A stretch of DNA of 64,000 nucleotides from Flavobacteriales bacterium (GTDB lineage: Bacteria; Bacteroidota; Bacteroidia; Palsa-965): positions 32,001-96,000 of the forward strand of contig JBEIPA010000015.1 of the NCBI GenBank assembly GCA_040377305.1, given 5' to 3'. The notes under the pieces are model-generated. The model saw nothing but the letters and a program-made list of their open reading frames with translations, was not told where the DNA came from and made no database searches. A program made the position numbers and the translations under genes. This document shows, in pieces, positions 1 to 7,508 of the stretch (positions are counted from its first letter, which is position 1; each line of letters opens with the position of its first letter).

Positions 1-395
1 GTGTTGTAGTACGCAAAACGATTCGCGAGGTCGTACGTAATCGCATCACAGGTCAAGGTCATGTCGTCTTCTACCAGTCGCACATTCTTTTTTGCAACTG
101 CAATGCGTGTATTTCCATCGTACGTGAGAAAATCGCTCCACATACGGAGAGAATCACCTTGCTGAATAAAAACGTGTCCGTAGGCGTCGAGTTTATTTTC
201 AGCACCGAAGAAATGTGCACTGTCGCAATTCATGAGCATGCCCTGATGCTCGAACCGAACGGAACCGATCAGGCGTTGATAGCCTTTGTTCTTGTCGCCT
301 ATCAATCGATCAGCACCTTTGAGATTGATTTTTGTTTGCGCGAATGTGAATCCTGAAAACAGGACAAACAAAACAAGAAGTACAGAGCGTTTCAC
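1..395 (-). CDS. OstA-like (LptA/LptD_N family) protein, 3'-truncated by the window edge
   Basis: Not in the ORF track; translated by hand from GTG at 395: MKRSVLLVLFVLFSGFTFAQTKINLKGADRL...RFEHQGMLMNCDSAHF...AYGHVFIQQGDSLRMWSDFLTYDGNTRIA. Signal peptide ending in A-Q and typical Bacteroidota OstA_2 motifs; lies downstream of purA. Confidence 0.85.
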   Translation of the reverse strand, partial: MKRSVLLVLFVLFSGFTFAQTKINLKGADRLIGDKNKGYQRLIGSVRFEHQGMLMNCDSAHFFGAENKLDAYGHVFIQQGDSLRMWSDFLTYDGNTRIAVAKKNVRLVEDDMTLTCDAITYDLANRFAYYN

Positions 396-459
396 AGTGT
401 TATACTGTTCAATTTTTACGCCATGTATTTGGTTCCACACATCAAGGGTGTTAAAGAAT

Positions 460-1740
460 TTAAACCGCAACGGGTTTGCGCATCAAAGTCTGTGTACGAT
501 CTGGTCCAACAGAAATTACCGATACAGGCACACCGATGAATTTCTCGATGAATTCAACGTATCCGTGCAGTTCCGATGGAAGCTGCTCCAACTGGTTCAA
601 TCCGGTGAGATCCTGTTGCCAGCCTTTGAGTTCGGTGTAAACCGGGGTCAATAGCTCGGGAGAATAATCGAAAGGCAGGTGATCAATCTGTTTGCCGAGA
701 TAATTGTAAGCTGTGCAAATCTGGATGGTATCGAGTCCGCTGAGAATATCTGCTTTCATCATGAGCAACTCGGTAACGCCGTTGATCATCACCGCATATT
801 TCAATGCAGGAAGATCGAGCCAGCCGGTACGACGTGGACGTTTTGTAACCGAACCATATTCGTTCCCGCGATCGCGAATGCCTTGTCCAACTTCATCGAA
901 CAACTCGGAAGGGAAGGGGCCGCTTCCAACACGCGTGCAGTATGCTTTGAAAATTCCGAACACATTTCCGATTCTGTTCGGAGCAATACCTAAACCAGTG
1001 CAAACTCCCGCACAAATGGTATTCGAAGAAGTCACGAACGGATACGAACCGAAATCAATATCGAGCAATGAACCTTGCGCGCCTTCAGCAAGAATAGATT
1101 TCCCGGCCTGCATCGCATCGTTGATGTAATGCTCACTATCGATTTGTTTGAACTCCATAAGGCGCTCAATCGCTTCAAACCATTCCGGCTCCATAGAAGC
1201 CAAATCATAGGTGAAGTTGTGGTGGCTAAGCAGCTGTTTGTGCTTCTCAACCAACGCCTGATATTTCTCTTTGAAATTGGGCAACAACACATCACCCATG
1301 CGAATTCCATTACGACCGGTTTTGTCCATGTACGTTGGACCAATTCCTTTAAGCGTAGAACCGATTTTCTCATTACCCTTCGATGCTTCAGAAGCTGCGT
1401 CGAGTAAACGATGCGTTGGCAAAATCAAATGCGCCTTTTTTGCGAAGAGCAATTTCGCTTTCACATTAACACCCATTTTCACGAGCGCATCAATTTCACC
1501 CATCACAACAACAGGATCAATGACTACGCCGTTGCCAATGATGTTGATCGAATTTTCCCGGAATATCCCCGATGGAATTGTTCTCAGGACATGTTTGATG
1601 CCATTGAACTCCAAAGTGTGACCGGCATTCGGACCACCCTGAAAACGTGCGATGATATCGTAACGTGGAGTAAACACATCCACAATTTTCCCTTTGCCTT
1701 CATCTCCCCACTGTAATCCTAAAAGAACATCTGCTTTCAT
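460..1740 (-). CDS. purA: Adenylosuccinate synthetase
   Basis: GLQWGDEGKGK, QGGPNAGHT, EGAQG, YPFVTSS and RRTGWLD motifs. Confidence 0.99.
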   Translation of the reverse strand: MKADVLLGLQWGDEGKGKIVDVFTPRYDIIARFQGGPNAGHTLEFNGIKHVLRTIPSGIFRENSINIIGNGVVIDPVVVMGEIDALVKMGVNVKAKLLFAKKAHLILPTHRLLDAASEASKGNEKIGSTLKGIGPTYMDKTGRNGIRMGDVLLPNFKEKYQALVEKHKQLLSHHNFTYDLASMEPEWFEAIERLMEFKQIDSEHYINDAMQAGKSILAEGAQGSLLDIDFGSYPFVTSSNTICAGVCTGLGIAPNRIGNVFGIFKAYCTRVGSGPFPSELFDEVGQGIRDRGNEYGSVTKRPRRTGWLDLPALKYAVMINGVTELLMMKADILSGLDTIQICTAYNYLGKQIDHLPFDYSPELLTPVYTELKGWQQDLTGLNQLEQLPSELHGYVEFIEKFIGVPVSVISVGPDRTQTLMRKPVAV

Positions 1741-1746
1741 TCTCTG

Positions 1747-1797
1747 TGACTTATTACTTAAAAACTTAATGACTTATTGCTTTTCGCTTATTGCTTC
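1747..1797. repeat. Degenerate 7-bp tandem array (TTGCTTA/TGACTTA-like)
   Basis: tgactta ttactta aaaactta atgactta ttgcttt tcgctta ttgcttc, filling the purA-STAS junction and overlapping the STAS stop. Confidence 0.6.
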
Positions 1798-2156
1798 TTG
1801 TTTTCATTCAATGCTGCACCATACGCAATCAAAGCATCTTCTTCAGTGTCGTGCACCTGAAATATGGTATTCAGTTTCGTGATGATAAATAACTTTTTCA
1901 CCTTCTCGCTAAGTCCGCAGATCAGGCACTCACCACCCGATTTACGCGCTACCGTCAATGCGTGTACAAGAATATTCAGTCCCGTACTGTTCATGACGCG
2001 TAAATCCGAGAGATTGAAAATGATCCACGCATTTCCTTCCGCACACGCTTCATCAATAGCCTGAATCATTTCGCGACACTCATCACGGTCAACAAGCTCA
2101 CCGTAAAGCGAAATCACCAGGGGCGACTTCTGCTTGATGTTGAAAGTAAAGCTCAT
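1788..2156 (-). CDS. STAS-domain anti-sigma-factor antagonist (SpoIIAA/RsbV-like)
   Basis: 122 aa; [18 protein letters not shown] with the conserved phospho-acceptor Ser; [11 protein letters not shown]. Confidence 0.9.
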   Translation of the reverse strand: MSFTFNIKQKSPLVISLYGELVDRDECREMIQAIDEACAEGNAWIIFNLSDLRVMNSTGLNILVHALTVARKSGGECLICGLSEKVKKLFIITKLNTIFQVHDTEEDALIAYGAALNENKKQ

Positions 2157-2644
2157 GACTTTCGTTTTAGTTGTTGCTGCATGTGTTCACACTTCCCGGT
2201 TTCGGCGAGCTTGGTGCATCGTCCGAAGAAATTCAGTGCGTGAGAAGTGATGTTGAAATTAAGAAAATCCTCAGTGGTTTTCTTGATTGTCTGGATTCGT
2301 GGGTCACAGAATTCCAAAACATATGAACAATCCTGACAGATGAGGTGATCGTGTTGTTTGTAGGCATAAGCCCTCTCGAACTGCGCCTGATTCTTACCGA
2401 ACTGATGTTTCGTTACCAATCCGCATTCCAGCAGAAGTTCAATGGTATTGTACAACGTTGCACGGCTCACACGATACTTCTTATTCTTCATGTGAACGTA
2501 CAGGGATTCGATGTCGAAATGTCCGCCCTGGATATAGATCTCATCCAGTATCGCGAATCTTTCGGGTGTTTTGCGGTGACCCTTTTTCCCAAGATGTTCG
2601 GAGAAGAGGTTACGTACGGTTTCCCTGATGGTGGTATCGGCCAT
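2153..2644 (-). CDS. fur: Fur-family transcriptional regulator
   Basis: [35 protein letters not shown]; 4-bp overlap with the STAS gene. Metal specificity (Fur/Zur/PerR) cannot be determined. Confidence 0.9.
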   Translation of the reverse strand: MADTTIRETVRNLFSEHLGKKGHRKTPERFAILDEIYIQGGHFDIESLYVHMKNKKYRVSRATLYNTIELLLECGLVTKHQFGKNQAQFERAYAYKQHDHLICQDCSYVLEFCDPRIQTIKKTTEDFLNFNITSHALNFFGRCTKLAETGKCEHMQQQLKRKS

Positions 2645-2665
2645 TGAGGTTGTGAAATTACGTAA

Positions 2666-2807
2666 TAGACGGGAGACTGGAGGCGGGAGACGGGAGTAAA
2701 AAGATGAATTAATAACAGTTTTTGCACAATGAAAAACCGTTATTTCACTTTATGAGGTTTCATTGAGAAAACGGCGCTCCCGTCTCCCGTCTGTCGCCTC
2801 CCGACTA
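2666..2807. repeat. Inverted pair of AGACGGG heptamer arrays flanking an ~80-bp AT-rich spacer
   Basis: agacggg agactgg aggcggg agacggg (2667-2694) and ctcccgt ctcccgt ctgtcgc ctcccga (2777-2804). Confidence 0.85.
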
Positions 2808-5033
2808 ATTGGGGTTGATCCGCGTTACCCCAATAACACCATTCACCTTGCGCAGTTTCTTCATCAGCTCCGTTAGGTGAGACGTATCGTGTACAAACAA
2901 CATGATCGTGCCTTCGAAAGTTCCATCCTGCGTATCGAAGCTGAGTGAGCGCATATTTACGTTCAACTCGCTCGAAATGATTTTCGTGATGTTGTTCACG
3001 AGACCTACTTCGTCGATTCCCTGAATGCGAATACCCGCAAGGAAAGAAATAACTTCCTGATTAGTCCAGCGCGCTTTCACGATGCGATAGGCGTAATTCG
3101 ACATCATCTGCACAGCGTTCGGACAATTAACGCGGTGAATTTTTATGCCTTCGTTGATCGTTATGAAACCAAAAACGTCGTCGCCGGCGATTGGATTACA
3201 ACACGGAGAAAGCTTGTATTCGATCTTGCTGAGGTTCTCACCAATGATGAGTGTTTCATCGGCAACCTTGCTGCCACGAACATCTTTTACAACCTGCTCC
3301 AGGGTAGGATCGTTCTTGCCTTTCTTGGTTGGCTTATCTTTTTCCTTCACCCACGCTTTCACGTGCTTGATGGTAATGATGTTTTTTGCAACACGATAAA
3401 ACACTTCCTGCGCACTTGGCAGCTTCAGGAAATTCTGGAAATCGTTGATATTCTGAACGGTGAATTCAAGCTTTGCATTGGAGAATTTACGCTCAAGTAT
3501 TTCACGACCATCGTCAGAAACTTTTCGCTTTTCTTCTTTGAGCGCGTTTTTGATTTTGGATTTCGCACGTGCTGTAATTACATACGAAAGCCAATCTTCT
3601 TTCGGAGTTTGTTTTCCGGATGTAAGAATTTCAACCTGGTCGCCGCTCTTCAGTTGATGACTCAAAGGAACCAGCTTGTGATTCACTTTCGCGCCAATGC
3701 ATTTCTCTCCAACTTTCGTGTGAATCTCAAATGCAAAATCCAACGCAGTAGCTCCAAACGGAAGCGTGCGCATTTCCCCTTTCGGAGTGAATGCAAATAT
3801 TTCCTCCGCGAAAAGATTGAGCTTGAAATCGTCAATGAAATCGAGCGCATCTCCTTCCGGACTGTCGAGCATTTCGCGAATCTTGCGCAACCACTCGTCA
3901 AGCTGAGTCTCTTTCTCTGATTCGCCGTTGTCTTTGTATTTCCAGTGCGCAGCGTAACCTTTCTCCGCCAATTCCTCCATGCGTTCACTGCGAATCTGCA
4001 CTTCCACCCATTTTCCATCCGGACCCATCACCGTGGTGTGAAGAGATTCGTAGCTATTCGCTTTCGGTGTTGAAATCCAATCGCGCAAACGATCCGGATT
4101 CGGGTGATAGAAATCAGTAACGATTGAATACACTCTCCAGCAATCGGCTTTCTCTTTCTCCAGCGGGGTGTCTATAATAATACGAATCGCGAAGATGTCG
4201 TAAATCTCTTCGAACGGAACTCCTTTGTGATTCACTTTATTGTGAATGGAGAAAATCGATTTCGGGCGACCGTACAAACGTGCTTTGAAACCTTGCTCCA
4301 GAAGAATTTCTTTGATCGGAAGAATGAACTTGTTGATGAAACGCTTGCGCTCTGGCTCGGTTTCTTTCAGTTTCAGTTCGATGTCTCTGTACTCAGCAGG
4401 CTCGGTGTATTTCAATCCGAGATCTTCGAGCTCCGTTTTCATCGCGTTCAATCCCAAACGGTGGGCGAGAGGACCATACAGAAACAAGGTCTCGGATGCA
4501 ATCTTCAGTTGCTTATCGCGCTTCATCGATTCGAGCGTCCGCATATTGTGCAAACGATCGGCAAGCTTGATCAGAATTACACGAATATCATCTGAAAGCG
4601 TGAGCAACATCTTTCGAAAGTTCTCCGCCTGAATCGAATTCGTTTTCTGATCGAATACTCCGGCAATTTTGGTGAGGCCGTCAATGATTTTCATCACACG
4701 TTCACCAAACATTCCCTTGATGTCATCGAGACTGATGTCCGTGTCTTCTACGGTATCATGCAAAAGCGCACACACAACCGAAGTAGTACCAAGTCCGATT
4801 TCTTCTGCGCAAATCTGTGCAACGGCAATAGGATGATAGATATACGGCTCACCGGTTTTACGACGCATGTCTTTATGCGCTTCCAGTGCTACGTTAAATG
4901 CTTTACGGATTATCTGTTTGTCACCTTTCTCCAATCGGCGTTTACACGCTTTCAGAAGATTCCGATAGCGTCTCAGGATTTCCTTACGCTCGGCTTCGAG
5001 GTCAATTTCCACAACTTTTTCTTTCTCGCTCAT
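2805..5033 (-). CDS. spoT: Bifunctional (p)ppGpp synthetase/hydrolase (long RelA/SpoT homologue)
   Basis: RKTGEPYIYHP, LLHDTVED hydrolase motif, IKLADRLHNMRT, YESLHTTV, EVQIR; TGS and C-terminal ACT domains. Confidence 0.95.
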   Translation of the reverse strand: MSEKEKVVEIDLEAERKEILRRYRNLLKACKRRLEKGDKQIIRKAFNVALEAHKDMRRKTGEPYIYHPIAVAQICAEEIGLGTTSVVCALLHDTVEDTDISLDDIKGMFGERVMKIIDGLTKIAGVFDQKTNSIQAENFRKMLLTLSDDIRVILIKLADRLHNMRTLESMKRDKQLKIASETLFLYGPLAHRLGLNAMKTELEDLGLKYTEPAEYRDIELKLKETEPERKRFINKFILPIKEILLEQGFKARLYGRPKSIFSIHNKVNHKGVPFEEIYDIFAIRIIIDTPLEKEKADCWRVYSIVTDFYHPNPDRLRDWISTPKANSYESLHTTVMGPDGKWVEVQIRSERMEELAEKGYAAHWKYKDNGESEKETQLDEWLRKIREMLDSPEGDALDFIDDFKLNLFAEEIFAFTPKGEMRTLPFGATALDFAFEIHTKVGEKCIGAKVNHKLVPLSHQLKSGDQVEILTSGKQTPKEDWLSYVITARAKSKIKNALKEEKRKVSDDGREILERKFSNAKLEFTVQNINDFQNFLKLPSAQEVFYRVAKNIITIKHVKAWVKEKDKPTKKGKNDPTLEQVVKDVRGSKVADETLIIGENLSKIEYKLSPCCNPIAGDDVFGFITINEGIKIHRVNCPNAVQMMSNYAYRIVKARWTNQEVISFLAGIRIQGIDEVGLVNNITKIISSELNVNMRSLSFDTQDGTFEGTIMLFVHDTSHLTELMKKLRKVNGVIGVTRINPN

Positions 5034-5175
5034 CTAGATTCAAGGCAGGTGCGCCTTCTAAAATCGAGTATGAATTTACGCAACTTTTTGGCAACTTTTC
5101 CATGGTGGGAAAGAGACCGTTTGATGATCGGATTTATAAAAGTTTGCTTTCCGTATCACTAAAACCAGTAAACCT

Positions 5176-6012
5176 TCAGTCGATCTGCACACTCAGCACC
5201 AGATTCTCAAACACCGATTGGTATTTCAGAAATTCGCCTTGCTCCATATTCGGTGCAGTACAGCTAATTACATATACGTTACTTCCGTGAACGATAATCG
5301 CATCGAGAAAACCAAACTTGGCTTCGTTCGAATAGTACATTCCGTATCTGCGGAAGCTTTTACACGAATCTATAGTCAGATAAGATTCATCAACGAGGTC
5401 AACTCTGCCCACCGCGTTGTGCAACATATTCAGCATATCCGCCGCCAACGACTCGACCGTTTGATTGGCTTCGAGATTACCCTTCGAAATGTTGATGTTT
5501 GGATTCATCAGCATCGCTTCTCCATTCACTTCTTTCTCGTACGAAACAAAAGACGCAGCATTGAACGGAGCTACCGTGTCCCAATCAACAGGTTTCACAA
5601 AACTGATTCCCATTTCTTTCATTTCAACCCGTTCAGTTTTGAAATCTGTTGGGTCCAGTGTATACGTAGTAGTTCCCGCATGATGAACTGCTGTTACCAC
5701 ATTTCCATTGGCATCGTAGCGCAACCAGGCACCTGAAGGTTCATTGTTGTACATCTGACCGCGTGCAAGAATTTTTCCATTTGCATCAAGCAAAACGGCT
5801 TCATCAATTTCTTGCCCGGCACGACTCGTGATGATGAGTTTTCCACTGTCCGTCTGTACTTCTCGTGTAGTTGCAACGTTCGAAATGGTATCGACCTTAT
5901 TCGAATCAACTTTCTCGGCAGTCACTGGAGCTGTGTCTTCACCACATGACGCAAACATGGAACCTAGCACTACGCACAAACCGAGAACCGAAAACTTAGA
6001 ACTTAGAACCAT
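5176..6012 (-). CDS. Hypothetical lipoprotein with a C-terminal PsbP/DcrB-like domain
   Basis: ATG at 6012, just after the fahA stop; hydrophobic signal ending in the lipobox FAS-C; short MORN-like segment (SGAWLRYDANG); ISFVKPVDW...NINIS...YVISCTA...F...VLSVQI pattern. Confidence 0.65.
   Translation of the reverse strand: MVLSSKFSVLGLCVVLGSMFASCGEDTAPVTAEKVDSNKVDTISNVATTREVQTDSGKLIITSRAGQEIDEAVLLDANGKILARGQMYNNEPSGAWLRYDANGNVVTAVHHAGTTTYTLDPTDFKTERVEMKEMGISFVKPVDWDTVAPFNAASFVSYEKEVNGEAMLMNPNINISKGNLEANQTVESLAADMLNMLHNAVGRVDLVDESYLTIDSCKSFRRYGMYYSNEAKFGFLDAIIVHGSNVYVISCTAPNMEQGEFLKYQSVFENLVLSVQID
5977..6011. repeat. AGAAC(C/T)N heptamer array inside the lipoprotein signal-peptide coding region
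   Basis: caaaccg agaaccg aaaactt agaactt agaacca. Confidence 0.6.
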
Positions 6013-6013
6013 T

Positions 6014-7285
6014 TCATTTCGCTGGTAAAACTGTTGAAGCACATTCTCCGAATCCGATTCGAATTCCATTTCTCTCTGCGTAACCACGAATGATAACGGT
6101 GTCACCATCGTTAATGAACTTGCGTTCTGTTCCGTCGCTCATCTTCACGGGTTTTGTTCCGCGCCAGGTGATTTCCATCATCGATCCGAAAGAACCTTCA
6201 TCAGGTCCGGAGATAGTTCCTGAAGCCAGCATATCGCCAATGTTCATGTTACAACCATTCACGGTGTGATGCGCAAGTTGTTGTTCCATGGTCCAATACA
6301 TGTATTTGTAGTTGGAGCAGCAAACTACGGAATCTTGATTCGCACCTTGCGGACGAATGATTACCTCGAGATTGATGTCAATATTCTTGTCGCCGGAATA
6401 TTCGAGGTAAGAAAGAACTTTTGGTTCCTGCACATATCCTTTCACGCGGAATGGTTCGAGAGCGTCAAGCGTAACAATCCACGGTGAAGCAACGGATGCA
6501 AAATTTTTCGCAAGGAATGGTCCGAGCGGAACGTATTCCCACGCCTGAATGTCGCGTGCTGACCAATCGTTGAACAACACCATTCCGAAAATGTGATCGT
6601 CGGCCTGATCGGGAGTAATGGAGTCGCCCATCGCTGTTGATTTCCCAATGATAAACGCTGTTTCTAATTCGAAGTCGAGCAGTTTTGTAGGACCAAAAGT
6701 CGGCACCTCTGCATCGGCAGGTTTGAGCTGACCTTTCGGACGATGAAATGAAGTACCTGTCACACAAATACTCGACGCGCGACCGTGATATCCCACAGGA
6801 ATGTGTTTCCAGTTCGGAAGCAATGCATTCGCAGGATCACGGAACATCTTGCCCATGTTTGTTGCGTGATCAATACTCGAGTAGAAATCGGTGTAATCAG
6901 GAATGTGAACCGGCAAAAGCATTTCTGCTTCGCTCATTGGAATCAGACAAGCTTTCTTAGCACCATCCTGCGACTGAAGCGTGTTTGTTTTTACGTCGAG
7001 CAATTCCGAAACCCGTTCACGAACAGCACGCCAGTTTTTTTGTCCGGTTGCTATGAATGCGTTCAGCGTCGATCCGCTAAAAACTTTCTTGTCTATGTTG
7101 AGCGCGTCGAGGTAGCCGAATTCAGCCACCGCCGACAAATCGAGAATGTGATTTCCGATAGCAACACCAGCCCGTGGACCTCGGCTTTTTGTACGGAAAA
7201 TGCCAAAAGGCAGGTTTTGTATTGGAAAATCGCTGTTGGCAGGAACTTCTACCCAGGATTTCAGAGATGGATCGTTTGCTCGCAT
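6014..7285 (-). CDS. fahA: Fumarylacetoacetase
   Basis: SDFPIQNLPFG, YTDFYSS, HIPVGYHGRASS, LDFELE, NDWSARDIQAWEYVPLGPF, ASGTISG. Confidence 0.97.
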   Translation of the reverse strand: MRANDPSLKSWVEVPANSDFPIQNLPFGIFRTKSRGPRAGVAIGNHILDLSAVAEFGYLDALNIDKKVFSGSTLNAFIATGQKNWRAVRERVSELLDVKTNTLQSQDGAKKACLIPMSEAEMLLPVHIPDYTDFYSSIDHATNMGKMFRDPANALLPNWKHIPVGYHGRASSICVTGTSFHRPKGQLKPADAEVPTFGPTKLLDFELETAFIIGKSTAMGDSITPDQADDHIFGMVLFNDWSARDIQAWEYVPLGPFLAKNFASVASPWIVTLDALEPFRVKGYVQEPKVLSYLEYSGDKNIDINLEVIIRPQGANQDSVVCCSNYKYMYWTMEQQLAHHTVNGCNMNIGDMLASGTISGPDEGSFGSMMEITWRGTKPVKMSDGTERKFINDGDTVIIRGYAERNGIRIGFGECASTVLPAK

Positions 7286-7303
7286 AATTGACTAAATGAG
7301 GCG

Positions 7304-7311
7304 CAAAAATA
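7304..7311 (-). promoter_or_regulatory. Bacteroidota sigma-A -7 element (TATTTTTG) for fahA
   Basis: Matches TAnnTTTG ~19 bp upstream of the ATG. Confidence 0.6.
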
Positions 7312-7312
7312 A

Positions 7313-7401
7313 GGGAATGGGGGATGGGGAACGCGGAATGGGGGAGAAATATCAATCTGTATCACACATCCCTCATTCCCCATGCCTTATCCCTCATTCC
7401 T
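7313..7401. repeat. Inverted pair of GGGAATG/CATTCCC heptamer arrays
   Basis: ggaatgg gggatgg ggaacgc ggaatgg gggagaa (7314-7348) versus catccct cattccc catgcct tatccct cattcct (7367-7401). Confidence 0.85.
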
Positions 7402-7475
7402 GAGAGCGTAAGTTCGGGTCAAAAAAGTAGCCAATTGATCACTGAAAATCAGTCCAATCAGGCACCCGTTTTCCC

Positions 7476-7483
7476 TATATTTG
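7476..7483 (+). promoter_or_regulatory. Bacteroidota sigma-A -7 element (TATATTTG)
   Basis: Exact TAnnTTTG 25 bp upstream of the ATG at 7509. Confidence 0.65.
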
Positions 7484-7508
7484 TGGATACTTACGAATAG
7501 GCGAACTC

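Noticed and set aside
3135-3920. Long antisense ORFs (261 aa here; also 12242-12943, 22406-22987, 34796-35323 and others)
   Set aside because: They are shadows on the opposite strand of well-supported genes and have no recognisable motifs
6013-6108. ORF-track N-terminal extensions (also 11984, 26852, 33378, 43003, 50641, 52484, 54378, 58617)
   Set aside because: They overlap upstream genes or terminators; downstream starts give proper signal peptides or domain starts and translational coupling
2666-7401. Short repeats as a CRISPR array or IS ends
   Set aside because: Units are 7 bp in tandem without unique spacers; no cas or transposase gene and no target-site duplication seen
7441-7453. 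Short palindrome ACTGAAAATCAGT upstream of the T9SS gene
   Set aside because: Only 5-bp arms and a single occurrence; cannot be supported as an operator from the sequence alone
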